Positions 15,922-25,766 of a stretch of 25,834 bases of DNA are shown in pieces. The translations under genes were made by a program, and so were the position numbers. The notes beneath the pieces were generated by a model. It made no database searches, was not told the origin of the DNA, and saw only the letters and a list, made by a program, of their open reading frames with translations. Position 1 is the stretch's first letter. Each line of letters begins with the position of its first letter. Source of the DNA: an uncultured archaeon (GTDB taxonomy: Archaea > Altiarchaeota > Altiarchaeia > IMC4 > SCGC-AAA252-I15); NCBI GenBank assembly GCA_902384455.1, contig CABMCB010000040.1:1-25834 (forward strand), written 5' to 3'.

Positions 15922-16844
15922 TGGCTGGACTGACAGTTGAGTTCCCTGCCGCGGTTGACCCGGTCAGCCTGGCGCAGGCCAAGAATTTTCTTCGCGTTGA
16001 TGGATTCACCGATGATGACGCACTCATCACCGGGTTGATTTCTGCTGCGACGATTGCGTGTGAGAACTTCACGCGCCGCAGCTTCATCAACAAAGGCTTC
16101 TTGATGACGCTGGATGCTTTTCCGTACTTCACGGATACGATGCTCAGTCAACTTGCGTATCCGCCGAGCTATTACGCGCTCCCGAAGTACTCAACGACTT
16201 TGTGGAACTACAGCCAGATGATTAAATTGTGGCGCCCACCTCTGGTGAGTGTGGAACGTATCACGTTCATGAATTCCAGCACTTCGTCCTTTGAGGACTT
16301 GGTGCAGTCACCGTTCCCCTGGTATCCACAGACAGTTTACAACGTCGGGGACACAGTGGCGGATAACAACGGTAACGTCCAGCAATTGTTCTCCGCTAGC
16401 CCGAGCCTGAACCCAACGGGCAAGAGCGGAATCAAACCGCCGACGTGGAACACCACGCTCGCCGGCTTTACGGTTGAGGATTCGCCGGCAACTGCCGTAT
16501 GGGTGAATGTCGGCGCTATCCCGCAGGGTGAGTTCGGGTCGTTCATGATTGACAAAGTTTCGGAGCCGGCACGGTTGTTCCCTGGTATCAGCTCCAATAA
16601 CAAAGCCGGCTTCTGGCCGTCGGTGCTCTTCATTCCGAACGCTGTGCAGATACATTACACGGCAGGCTTCGGGCCGAGCCCATCGAACGTGCCCGCAAAC
16701 ATCATCGTGGCCATTCTTCAAACGGTGGCGGACTGCTATGAGAACCGTGAACCCGTGAAGGAAGACGGGGAGCAGCTTCCCCGGCACGTGCGTCAACTCT
16801 TGTGGCCACATAGGATTATGGACATGAGTCCGACGCGAGGGTAA
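15921..16844 (+). CDS. Head-tail connector (HK97 gp6-like) with internal insertion
   Basis: [14 protein letters not shown]...[37 protein letters not shown]. Confidence 0.9.
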   Translation: MAGLTVEFPAAVDPVSLAQAKNFLRVDGFTDDDALITGLISAATIACENFTRRSFINKGFLMTLDAFPYFTDTMLSQLAYPPSYYALPKYSTTLWNYSQMIKLWRPPLVSVERITFMNSSTSSFEDLVQSPFPWYPQTVYNVGDTVADNNGNVQQLFSASPSLNPTGKSGIKPPTWNTTLAGFTVEDSPATAVWVNVGAIPQGEFGSFMIDKVSEPARLFPGISSNNKAGFWPSVLFIPNAVQIHYTAGFGPSPSNVPANIIVAILQTVADCYENREPVKEDGEQLPRHVRQLLWPHRIMDMSPTRG

Positions 16845-16845
16845 G

Positions 16846-17712
16846 ATGGCAGAATTTCATTCAATGCCTCGCCGTTCGATTCCTGCCACAGGAACTATTG
16901 GAGACGTCTACTACGCAAACGATACCAAGGAACTTTTCTTTGCAATCGGCGCAGGTGGTCTTGTTTCTTTTGCGAGTTTGTTGACAACGGAACCTGATAG
17001 AGTCGGCCCGCAAGGACCAGATGGCCAACAGGGGCCGAAGGGTGATACCGGACAAACCGGGCCACAAGGGCCACAAGGATTGACTGGGCCGCCAGGGCAA
17101 CAGGGGCCGCCAGGTGCGCAAGGTGTGTCTGGCCAACAGGGACCACAAGGGGATGTTGGACCTGCCGGTCCTGCCGGGCCAATAGGCGCCGGAGTGGCCG
17201 GACCTGCCGGGCCAACAGGACCACAAGGGCCAACAGGACCAACAGGACCACAAGGACAGCAAGGGGATTCTGGGCCACGCGGTCCGCAAGGTGACCAAGG
17301 AATTCAAGGTGTCCCGGGCACAGCGGCTCCATTGTATATTTTCATCCAAGGGAACACTGGGCCACAAGGGCCGAAAGGGGATACACCCGGAATGAGCGAC
17401 ATATTTCCTGCTGTTAATTTTGCGTCAGTTTCCGTGTCAGCATCTGGCGCGACCACAGTGGTCGCTGCTGTTACAGGCAAGAAGATTCGTGTTGTTGGTG
17501 TAACATTGAGCGTGAGTAATGACGTGAACCTGAAGTGGCAAAGCCACGTCGCCGGCGACATCACCGGCCTGATATACGCAGGCAAGACAGGCGGCTTCGT
17601 TCTACCGTACTCACCTGTTGGACACTTTGAAACCGCAGTTGGAGAAGCGTTGGATTTGAATTTATCAGCTGGAGTTCCGGTCGGTGGGTCATTGAGCTAC
17701 TATTTGATTTAG
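16846..17712 (+). CDS. Collagen triple-helix repeat protein (fibre)
   Basis: Roughly 38-40 Gly-X-Y triplets in three runs, followed by a beta-rich C-terminal domain. Confidence 0.9.
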   Translation: MAEFHSMPRRSIPATGTIGDVYYANDTKELFFAIGAGGLVSFASLLTTEPDRVGPQGPDGQQGPKGDTGQTGPQGPQGLTGPPGQQGPPGAQGVSGQQGPQGDVGPAGPAGPIGAGVAGPAGPTGPQGPTGPTGPQGQQGDSGPRGPQGDQGIQGVPGTAAPLYIFIQGNTGPQGPKGDTPGMSDIFPAVNFASVSVSASGATTVVAAVTGKKIRVVGVTLSVSNDVNLKWQSHVAGDITGLIYAGKTGGFVLPYSPVGHFETAVGEALDLNLSAGVPVGGSLSYYLI

Positions 17713-17722
17713 GAGAAAGACT

Positions 17723-18268
17723 ATGTTTGACAAATTTCATTTCTTTGAAGCATGTTCGGCTTTCACTAGAAAGCTGCGAGGTGTTGAGGACTCCTTCCGT
17801 ATGCACAGCACAGTCGAAGTAACTGTGCGCGACAAGAACGGAAAAGTGAAGTCTCATTCGGTTCAAAAGAACTTGCGCACAAACGGTGGCGCGGACTTCT
17901 GGAATACTCAACTGTTCGCGGTGAGCGGCATCAATGGCCAGGCTAAGACTGCCGGATACATGGCGATTACGACTGACGCCACGGCGGCCGCTGCCACAGA
18001 CACGACGCTTGCCAGCGAGGAAACAACGAACGGTTTGGCAAGGACGGCTCAGCTAACACCGACGCACTCTGCCGGCGCAACGTCCTCTGTATTCTCAAAC
18101 ACGTTCACCTATACCGGCTCCTCGTCCAAAGTCATTGCCAAGGTGGGGTTGTTCAACGACACCCACGCGAACGGTGGAACTCTGGTTCTCGAAACAGTTC
18201 TGGCGTCAACAGCAACCGTGAACGCGAACGGGGACACTATCACAATCACTTGGACGATTAACTACTAA
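17723..18268 (+). CDS. Putative virion structural protein (Thr-rich, 181 aa)
   Basis: AGGAG RBS; NLRTNGG...DTTLASE...GLFN...GDTITITWTI pattern of phage fibre/collar-associated proteins. Confidence 0.8.
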   Translation: MFDKFHFFEACSAFTRKLRGVEDSFRMHSTVEVTVRDKNGKVKSHSVQKNLRTNGGADFWNTQLFAVSGINGQAKTAGYMAITTDATAAAATDTTLASEETTNGLARTAQLTPTHSAGATSSVFSNTFTYTGSSSKVIAKVGLFNDTHANGGTLVLETVLASTATVNANGDTITITWTINY

Positions 18269-18277
18269 GAGTTCACA

Positions 18278-19315
18278 ATGATTATCCTGACCAACGCCAC
18301 AACCGACTCTTTGAAAGTCATCACGGCATCTGGTGTCGTGAATATAGATATGAGTGCTTCGTACGTTGACTACAACGGGTCAACGGTGACGCCTGCGAAT
18401 GCTGTTGCTCAGGTTGCTACGGCTACGACGACAACGCTTGTCGGCACACCGGGAGCGAGTACACAGCGGAACGTCAAGCATGTTCATATCCGGAACTCGC
18501 ACGCAACGTCCTCCAACCTAGTGACGGTTGAGCTGACTATCAACGCGGTGACAGTCACGCTAATCGCGTACACGCTTCTCGCCGGAGAGGCTTTGATGTA
18601 CTACGAGGACGACGGATGGGTTGTGATGGACGCCTCTGGTGGGTTGAAAACAGCAGCGGCAGCTGGCCGCTTTTTGAAGGTAACGGTTCTGACGTCTGGC
18701 ACATCGTTTACAACCGGCGCAGGAACAAACACAATTAAGACAAGATTGCTCGCTGGCGGTGGTGCTGGCGGTGGTGCGGCTTCAGCAACATCATCTGGTG
18801 CTGCGGGAGGCGGCGGCGGCGCAGGCGGTTACGCCGAAAAGACATTTGCTGTAACTCCAAACACTGCCTATACCTACGCGATAGGCGCCGCTGGACTTGC
18901 CGGAGCAACCGGCAACAACCCAGGAGGCGCGGGCGGAAATACAACCTTTGCGGTTGGAGCTACGACTGTGACCGCCAACGGTGGCAACGGTGGAACGGGT
19001 ATGGCCGCGAACGCTGTTGCCGGCACTACCGCGCTCGGTGGTGCACCGGCGACGGTTTCGACCAACGGCGATGTGAATGGCTCAGGTGCGCCAGGTGAAC
19101 AAGGATACTTACAAACGGCAGCCTTGCTTGCCTCAGGAGCTGGCGGCAGTTCTCAATTTGGAGCTGGCGGGAACGTGAGGACGTCGCAAGGTACTGGGAA
19201 CAGTGCCGTAGGATTTGGAGCTGGTGGTGCTGGCGGCGCTTGTGTTAGCGCTGGCGGCGCGGTTGCTGGCGGTGGTGGAACGGCCGGGATAATCATAGTT
19301 GAAGAGTATTCCTGA
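18278..19315 (+). CDS. Glycine-rich virion fibre protein (345 aa)
   Basis: C-terminal GGGGAGG...TANGG...GAGGAGG...GIIIVEEY glycine-rich domain. Confidence 0.85.
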   Translation: MIILTNATTDSLKVITASGVVNIDMSASYVDYNGSTVTPANAVAQVATATTTTLVGTPGASTQRNVKHVHIRNSHATSSNLVTVELTINAVTVTLIAYTLLAGEALMYYEDDGWVVMDASGGLKTAAAAGRFLKVTVLTSGTSFTTGAGTNTIKTRLLAGGGAGGGAASATSSGAAGGGGGAGGYAEKTFAVTPNTAYTYAIGAAGLAGATGNNPGGAGGNTTFAVGATTVTANGGNGGTGMAANAVAGTTALGGAPATVSTNGDVNGSGAPGEQGYLQTAALLASGAGGSSQFGAGGNVRTSQGTGNSAVGFGAGGAGGACVSAGGAVAGGGGTAGIIIVEEYS

Positions 19316-20004
19316 TGTCGCGGTTAGGAACATTTGACAAAGCAATGTCACCAACCGGGATGTTTAATCAATCCTTGGGGTCTGACGCTGGTTGGTTTGA
19401 TGATGCACTACTCGGTAGTGCAATTTTGCGCGGGCCGTCCGATGTAAGTTCGTTTTCGGAATCAACTGCGGTAGGGGTGGCACTACACGAAGCTCTGACG
19501 GATACGTTGGCTTTTTCAGATTCACCAGTGAAGGCTGCCGGTTTTCCGCGGTCGCTGACGGACACCGTATCTTTTAGTGAGTCGCTGACACGGTTGGCTG
19601 CACTTCCAAGAGCTGTGCCAGACTCCGTGACCTTTAGTGAAGTTTTGTCGCGACTAGTTGCTTTGACAAAGAGCCCGTCGGACACAATGAGTTTTAGTGA
19701 GGCTCTGCTACGCGTTGTTGCGTCGTCAAAGAACGTGACTGATACTGTGGCGTTTAGCGAAGTGCTTGCGAGAGCGGTTCAGCATACCAGGGCTGTCGGC
19801 GACACCGTATCTTTTAGTGAGACACTTTCACGATTGGTGGCAAAGAGCCGGTCGGTATCGGATTCGGAGTCGTTCAACGACGTTATGACACGGCTCACTG
19901 CCAACGCGAGAACAATAGCGGATTCGGAAGCGTTTTCAGATACGGCGTCACCCAACGGTGCTGCTGTGCTCCATTTGATGATGCTAATGGGGATGGGAAA
20001 ATAA
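19315..20004 (+). CDS. Tandem 20-aa repeat protein (putative fibre)
   Basis: About nine repeats of xRxxxDTVSFSExLxRxxxx; TGATG coupling to the upstream gene. Confidence 0.85.
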   Translation: MSRLGTFDKAMSPTGMFNQSLGSDAGWFDDALLGSAILRGPSDVSSFSESTAVGVALHEALTDTLAFSDSPVKAAGFPRSLTDTVSFSESLTRLAALPRAVPDSVTFSEVLSRLVALTKSPSDTMSFSEALLRVVASSKNVTDTVAFSEVLARAVQHTRAVGDTVSFSETLSRLVAKSRSVSDSESFNDVMTRLTANARTIADSEAFSDTASPNGAAVLHLMMLMGMGK

Positions 20005-20005
20005 T

Positions 20006-20404
20006 ATGGCGCGCAAGCTACCACAGCAGATTTCAGCCGGTGAACTCAGGCACCGTGTCCAGATTGTTAAGCCAGCCACGGGGCAGCAGGACACGATGGG
20101 TGGCGTTAGCGCAGACAACCGCTCCCAGTGGACGGTTGTTCTTGCGTGCTGGGCCAGCGTAGAGGCATGGACTGGTTCTGCCACATTGGCCGCAAATCAG
20201 TTCATTGCTTCTGCGTCGCACTGGATTACGATTCGACACCCGCGGACATTTGTGCCTACGGCGCAAATGAAAGTTTGGTTTCGGGATTTTACGAACAAGG
20301 ACCACACGTTTCAGATTGAAGCTGTGCTGAACCCGACAGAGCAGAATAAGTTGTTGGTATTGGTATGTACTGAGATTGACGACTCGGCGGCGGCAAATGG
20401 CTGA
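20006..20404 (+). CDS. Head closure protein (SPP1 gp16 / head-tail joining)
   Basis: AGELRHRVQI...D.MGG...WASVE...ITIR...FQIEAV...LVLVCTE. Confidence 0.92.
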   Translation: MARKLPQQISAGELRHRVQIVKPATGQQDTMGGVSADNRSQWTVVLACWASVEAWTGSATLAANQFIASASHWITIRHPRTFVPTAQMKVWFRDFTNKDHTFQIEAVLNPTEQNKLLVLVCTEIDDSAAANG

Positions 20405-20894
20405 TGGATTCACGTTCGAAATTAAAGGGCTGGACCAGATTCAAAAGGCCCTAGAAGAGATACCTCGCAATGTAGCCAAGAAGGGATTGCGAGCTGCACT
20501 ACGAGCTGGCGCTGTGCCAATGCGGGAAGGCATCGTCGAAGCAGCTCCAAAGGATACCGGGTTCTTGAAAGAACACTTTGGGATACGGCTGAGTGTGAAG
20601 GGCAAAGATATCGCCGGCTCGGCTTTTGTTGGTCCGGAAGGCCACGTTGACTATCCGGATAAAGAAGGTGGCTACCGGGAGAAGGTCAATAGCAAGACCG
20701 GGAAGAAGTCGAAGATTGGCCGGATATCGGTGGCAAGCGTAACACGGTTCTTGGAGTTTGGAACGAGCAAGATGGCGAAGAAGCCGTTCATGACGCAGGC
20801 GTTTGAGAAGGTTAAGAACGTCTCGCTCAATGCCATCATCGAGAAGCTCAGGTCTTTTGTGGAGTCGGAGGCTAAGGCCGCGGGAGGCAAATGA
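20397..20894 (+). CDS. HK97 gp10 family tail component
   Basis: IKGLDQI, APKDTGFLK, FLEFGTSKMAKKPFMTQAF. Confidence 0.93.
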   Translation: MADGFTFEIKGLDQIQKALEEIPRNVAKKGLRAALRAGAVPMREGIVEAAPKDTGFLKEHFGIRLSVKGKDIAGSAFVGPEGHVDYPDKEGGYREKVNSKTGKKSKIGRISVASVTRFLEFGTSKMAKKPFMTQAFEKVKNVSLNAIIEKLRSFVESEAKAAGGK

Positions 20895-21322
20895 TGTTTC
20901 AGGAAGGGCTATTCGCTTTCTTGTCTGGCCAGTCCTCCCTGACCTCGTTGCTTGGCACGAGCAGGAGTGATGGGTCCAATGGCATCTTCCCAATTCAGGC
21001 ACCGGGCAATGCCGTGCTGCCGTATATCGTTTATCAACGGGTGAGTGGCGCCCCGGTTTACGTTTATGATGGTGCCGACAAGTTTACGATTTCTCGATTC
21101 AGGATAAGCATGTATAGCTCCACACAGAAGGGCGCGACCAAGCTGGCAGTTATCGTGAGGAGCATTTTGAAGAATTTCGTGGGGACGTTCGCCGACCCGG
21201 ACGCAACGGTCGTGCAGAACACCATGTTGGAGCTTGAGGCGGATGATGCTGAATCGGTGCCGCACGGGACCATTTTCGCGTGCCACCAGGACTATAGTTT
21301 CAGCTACATTGATAACGCCTAA
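20891..21322 (+). CDS. Tail completion/terminator protein (DUF3168 / gp17-like)
   Basis: IFPIQAP...LPYIVYQRVSG...RFRISMYS; synteny. Confidence 0.88.
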   Translation: MMFQEGLFAFLSGQSSLTSLLGTSRSDGSNGIFPIQAPGNAVLPYIVYQRVSGAPVYVYDGADKFTISRFRISMYSSTQKGATKLAVIVRSILKNFVGTFADPDATVVQNTMLELEADDAESVPHGTIFACHQDYSFSYIDNA

Positions 21323-21409
21323 ACGGGACGCAGGCAGTAAAGAAGTAAGCACGACGGCTCCGCCGAGCTGCGTGACCAAAGAAGTAGAGAAGTACCAGGA
21401 GAACAGCCT

Positions 21410-21826
21410 ATGTCTTCACAAGCCTTTTCACCGCGGGGTACGCAAATCTCGTTTGAGCAGTTCGTCTCCGTCGGCTTCCAGCTGCTTGCCGAAATTCGTG
21501 AAATCAACTTCACGGGTTCCAAGTATGACTTGGCCGACGTGACGCACTACCAGTCCGGGAACTTCCGTGAGTGGTTGACCACTCTCGCGGACAGCGGAGA
21601 AGTTTCCTTTACCGGGAACTACATCCCTACTGACTCTTCCCAACAGTCCTTGCTTGCGTTCTTCAACGCCGGCACGCTGATTGCCTGGAAGGTGCAACTG
21701 CCGAACTCGTTGGGCACTATCACGTTCAACGCCTACGTGCAGTCTTTGGAGCACAACCTGCCCATTGACAAGCAGGCCACCATCACGGGCAAACTGAAAA
21801 TCACGGGTCAAGTCACCGGGTTCTAA
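21410..21826 (+). CDS. Major tail tube protein
   Basis: DVTH...REWLTTLADSGEVSFTGNY...LKITG; AGGAG RBS; synteny. Confidence 0.9.
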   Translation: MSSQAFSPRGTQISFEQFVSVGFQLLAEIREINFTGSKYDLADVTHYQSGNFREWLTTLADSGEVSFTGNYIPTDSSQQSLLAFFNAGTLIAWKVQLPNSLGTITFNAYVQSLEHNLPIDKQATITGKLKITGQVTGF

Positions 21827-21863
21827 CCCGCTACCCTGTGAGCCCTAACACGATACCGAGGAA

Positions 21864-21890
21864 TGGAGGGCGGCACCAAGCCACCCTCCA
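21864..21890 (+). other. Strong hairpin after the tail tube gene (no U-tract)
   Basis: TGGAGGGCGGC-ACCAA-GCCACCCTCCA. Confidence 0.6.
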
Positions 21891-21911
21891 ATCCAAAGGA
21901 AAGGGTGTTTT

Positions 21912-22388
21912 ATGGCGGCAAATTTGAAACGGCGACTCACGCCTAGCTACGCCTTCACGTTTGAAGTGGAGACGGATGCTGGCTTGGAACGCCTCGCGCT
22001 ACGTTTGTGCTTTGACTTCAATGCGCTCTCCCTCGTCGAGGAAAAGACAGGCTTCAGCCTTCTCACCGGCGCTATCTTCAACCATCTTACGGCTGGTATC
22101 ACGCTAACGATGTTCTGGGCGGCAGTGATTGCCTATCAGCCGGAATATGCGGTTGCTGGCGGTCGTGAAGTACTCGGTTCGATGATTACTCACAGGAATG
22201 CCGGTCCTGTTGCTGATGCGGTAGAGGAATGCTTTGTGCAGTCTCTACCTCCGGACCAGCAAGAGCGAATTCGCTTGGCCAAGGAAGAAGCCAAGGCGAA
22301 GTTGGAGGCAAAGAGGAAAGCTCTCGAAGCCGGTCAGCCGGTTGAGGATTCCTCAAACCCTCCGACGGTGACCCCTGCGACAGCGTAA
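21912..22388 (+). CDS. Tail assembly chaperone (gpG-like)
   Basis: Between tail tube and tape measure; LCFDFNALSLVEEKTG motif. Confidence 0.85.
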   Translation: MAANLKRRLTPSYAFTFEVETDAGLERLALRLCFDFNALSLVEEKTGFSLLTGAIFNHLTAGITLTMFWAAVIAYQPEYAVAGGREVLGSMITHRNAGPVADAVEECFVQSLPPDQQERIRLAKEEAKAKLEAKRKALEAGQPVEDSSNPPTVTPATA

Positions 22389-22729
22389 CTCTCTCGCTGT
22401 TGGACCTGTGGGCTATTGCCCGATTTGACCTAAAGCTCACAGACGATGAGTTTGGAAAAATGACGTCTGCCGAGTTCGAATTGCTGCTAGCACGCAAGCG
22501 GCAAGCCGACCGGCAGGCTTACTTCCAGGCTGGCATCGTGGCGGCAGCGGTCATCAACTACTCCCTCGCCCGCGGCGAAGACCACAAGCTAATGGACCCG
22601 TGGGATTTTGTGCCTGGCGGCAATCCCAATGCGGAGGACGAAAAGGTAGACCTCACCAAGATGTCTCCCGAAGAACAAGCGGCCTACGTGAAGGGAATTT
22701 TCTCAAAGGCAATCTACAGGAAGAACTGA
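22355..22729 (+). CDS. Tail assembly chaperone -1 frameshift extension (gpT-like)
   Basis: The -1 frame is open from 22346 to 22729 with no good RBS; candidate slip site A AAC CCT at 22355-22361; EFGKMTSAEF motif. Confidence 0.75.
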   Translation, partial: KPSDGDPCDSVTLSLLDLWAIARFDLKLTDDEFGKMTSAEFELLLARKRQADRQAYFQAGIVAAAVINYSLARGEDHKLMDPWDFVPGGNPNAEDEKVDLTKMSPEEQAAYVKGIFSKAIYRKN

Positions 22730-22730
22730 C

Positions 22731-25700
22731 ATGGCAATCAACATTGGAACACTCCTCGTTGAGCTCGGCGTCAACATGGGCGGGTTCATCGAGGGGATGG
22801 ACAAAGCAACATACAAATCCAAGCAAGCCGGGAAAGAAATTGGCGAAGCCTTCAGGGGCATCGGCCGGGACATTGGTGGTATCCTCGGGCAGTTTGGTGA
22901 AGTTGGTACCGTCGTCGGGGAAGTGCTTTCCCAGACCGGCGAAACCATTAGTAAGGTTGCTAGCCAGTTCGGTGGCCTTGGCGGTGCCGCAGGCGCCGCT
23001 GCGATAGGAGTCGCTGCTGTAGGTGCGGCCGCGGTTGCGGCGGCGGCGGGTATGAGTGTCCTGGCCATTCAGGGCGCCGAGGTCGTGCATCAACTTGAGC
23101 TTGCTTCTGCCAAGACTGGCATCAGTGTCCACGACCTCCAAACTCTACAGGCGGCTGGCAGTACAGTCGGTGTATCTCTAGACCAGATGGTCACCGGCTT
23201 TCGCAAGTTTGACCAGGCACTCGTTGGAATTGGCGCGCGCTCTGGCGCCGCAAACTTGGTCTTGAAACAGTTCGGTATCCAGACTCGCGACAATAAGGAA
23301 GCGCTTTACGAAGTAGCAGACGCTTTCGCAAAGATGGAAGACGGGCCAACGAAAGCAGCTTATGCTGTCCAGCTATTCGGGCGCGCCGGGTTGAACCTTA
23401 TTCCGTTGTTGGACAAAGGCCGGGCTGGCCTCGAAGAGTTTGAGGCAATAGTTGACCGCTATGGTCCGAAGATTGGTGTGGAAGCTAAAGAGGCAAATGA
23501 GGCTTACTTGGTGTCACAGACCAAGCTCAGCCTTGCTTGGGACTCGATGAAGGTTGCAGCGGAGGAATCTATCCTGCCGACCATTGCCAGGATTATCACA
23601 GCACTGGCAGACGCAACTAGGGCAACGAACACTTGGTTCACAGACCTCGGACGCGGGATTCAGTATGCAGGTGCCGCGGGCCTTTCATTTGTGACTGGGT
23701 TTTCTACCGAAGAGATATTGAACAAAGCAAATCCGCCGAGTGAAGCTGCCAAGAAGAAAGACGAAGAGTCCCCGCTCCTACTCGCCGCTTTGAAAGAGCG
23801 GGTTGCTTGGATTAAGGCCGGCGGGCAGGCTGAGTATACTGTTAAGGCCACTGAAGAAGAAATTACTGAGCTAATGCAAGTTGGAACTGCCGCGGCTCTC
23901 CGCCAGGCGGCTGCCTTGGAAGAACAGCTCCCCAAGCTCCGGGTTGCCGCAGAACTCGAGAAGCAGCGCAATGAGTATGCCGCCAATCCGAAACCCACCG
24001 CCCTCGGTGCGGACAAAGAAAAAGAATTTCTGGCAACAGTCGACGAGCGCCTTCGCAAGCAGCGGGAGCTCGCCTCTGCCGTCAACTCCACGTCTGGTGC
24101 GACTCTAATCGAGAATGCCACTCTTGACGCACAGATGGCGATTGATAAGCAACTGTTGGGCTACCAGGGAGAGCTTGTTAAGATTAACTCTGAACTGAAG
24201 CGCGCACCGTCTGGTACACAGGCTTCTGCAGACCTTCTGGCAAAGAAGAACCAGCTTGAAGATTTCATCCGGACACTTACTGCCGACACACCAACAATCA
24301 TCTCCAAGTACCAGGAGATTGCGGCGGCAACTCAAATCAATAAGGCTAACGCCGGCCTTGATACGGCCATTGATAAGCTGTCTCAGCAGAACAATGCCCT
24401 GCGTGAGTTGGCGGCTGCCTACGACCAGGGCGGGGAAGCCATTCGCCGTGCCCAGATTGAACAGTCTCTCTCCAAGGAGCGCGAGGAGCTAAGCAAGGCC
24501 AGTATTGCATATGAGGCTCTGTCGCGCAAGGTTGGCGAGTATGTCGCCAGCATGTCGCCGGAGAAAACTGCTCTTGATGAAGCCAAGAAAAAGATGAAAG
24601 AGGCGACTGAGATTGCTACTGAGAACGCCGACCTCAAAATTGACCTCAAGCTCCGTGACGAAGTGAACGCCCTCAACGCCAATGCAAAGGCTTGGGAGAT
24701 TACGACTGCCGCTATTCATGGCAGCAACGAAGAGAAGATTCAGGCAGCACGTTTGGCCGCGGAGGCTATTGCTGCTGCCAAGCCGGGTGCCACACCGGAA
24801 GAGATTACGTCTGCTGGCACAAAGGCCGCTGTTGCTGAGGAAGACATTCTGCGGAATAAGATTGCGCAGAAGATTGAGCAGTTCGATATCAACGGCGCCC
24901 TGCTGGAAGAAATTGACCTCTATAACCGTATCATTGCCGTCACCAGCCAGGAGAGTACCATCCACCTACAGGCTGAGGAGGCTAGGAAGAAAGCAATTGT
25001 TGCCTCACAGCAGCAATGGGACCAAGCGGCAATTGACGTTGGGACTTTCCGGCAGAAGGCTGCTGGCTTCCTGAACGAGCTCGTCCTTGATGGACAGAAC
25101 TTCTGGGCGAACTTCGGCAAGGCCGGGATGCAGGCCGTCACCGGCATTGAAGATGAACTCGCCAAAATGCTCGTCACCGGCAAGGGCAGCTTCAAACAGA
25201 TTGAGCAACAGTTTGAACAATCCATCTTGAAGAACAGCATCCAGACTGTTGTCAGCAAGGCCGCCGGCGGGCTACTGAGCGCAACAGGACTCGGAAGTCT
25301 TTTGCCCGGACTTGGCGGCAAACCAGATGGTACCAAGGGCAACCCGATGTATGTGAGTATCGTTAACAGCGCCCTTGACTTGGGTGGTGCCAGCGCAAAC
25401 GGAGTGGGAGGGCTTGGGAACCTAGTTGGCGGCGCCCTGAGTGACCAGGGCAGTAGTGCTGGCGGCGGCGGTGTTGGTGGCTTCTTTAGCGGCATCTTGG
25501 GTAAACTCTTTGGTGGCTTTCTTGCTGGCGGTGGCGATGTTACCCCTGGCAAGGCTTATGTGGTCGGTGAGAAGCATCCAGAGTTCTTCATTCCCGGCAA
25601 GTCCGGTACTGTTGTGCCGACCTTGAAGACTGGTGGTGGTTCCGTCAACAATGTCAGTGTTCATTTCCACGGTGTCACAGATGCCGATAGTTTCAAGAAG

Positions 25701-25766
25701 TCACAGAGCCAGATTGGAGCGCAGATACACCGCTCAGCTTCGCTTGCGTTCCAGAGGGGTTCCTAA
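22731..25766 (+). CDS. Tape measure protein (1011 aa)
   Basis: IGTLLVELG N-terminus, Ala-rich helices, LFGRAG, C-terminal AGGGDV.PG..YVVGEKHPEFFIP. Confidence 0.95.
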   Translation: MAINIGTLLVELGVNMGGFIEGMDKATYKSKQAGKEIGEAFRGIGRDIGGILGQFGEVGTVVGEVLSQTGETISKVASQFGGLGGAAGAAAIGVAAVGAAAVAAAAGMSVLAIQGAEVVHQLELASAKTGISVHDLQTLQAAGSTVGVSLDQMVTGFRKFDQALVGIGARSGAANLVLKQFGIQTRDNKEALYEVADAFAKMEDGPTKAAYAVQLFGRAGLNLIPLLDKGRAGLEEFEAIVDRYGPKIGVEAKEANEAYLVSQTKLSLAWDSMKVAAEESILPTIARIITALADATRATNTWFTDLGRGIQYAGAAGLSFVTGFSTEEILNKANPPSEAAKKKDEESPLLLAALKERVAWIKAGGQAEYTVKATEEEITELMQVGTAAALRQAAALEEQLPKLRVAAELEKQRNEYAANPKPTALGADKEKEFLATVDERLRKQRELASAVNSTSGATLIENATLDAQMAIDKQLLGYQGELVKINSELKRAPSGTQASADLLAKKNQLEDFIRTLTADTPTIISKYQEIAAATQINKANAGLDTAIDKLSQQNNALRELAAAYDQGGEAIRRAQIEQSLSKEREELSKASIAYEALSRKVGEYVASMSPEKTALDEAKKKMKEATEIATENADLKIDLKLRDEVNALNANAKAWEITTAAIHGSNEEKIQAARLAAEAIAAAKPGATPEEITSAGTKAAVAEEDILRNKIAQKIEQFDINGALLEEIDLYNRIIAVTSQESTIHLQAEEARKKAIVASQQQWDQAAIDVGTFRQKAAGFLNELVLDGQNFWANFGKAGMQAVTGIEDELAKMLVTGKGSFKQIEQQFEQSILKNSIQTVVSKAAGGLLSATGLGSLLPGLGGKPDGTKGNPMYVSIVNSALDLGGASANGVGGLGNLVGGALSDQGSSAGGGGVGGFFSGILGKLFGGFLAGGGDVTPGKAYVVGEKHPEFFIPGKSGTVVPTLKTGGGSVNNVSVHFHGVTDADSFKKSQSQIGAQIHRSASLAFQRGS

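Noticed and set aside
17000-20004. CRISPR array or DNA-level mobile repeats
   Set aside because: The repeats are in-frame coding repeats (collagen, 20-aa units) without unique spacers.
21864-21890. Intrinsic terminator
   Set aside because: Strong stem but no U-tract; kept only as a hairpin.
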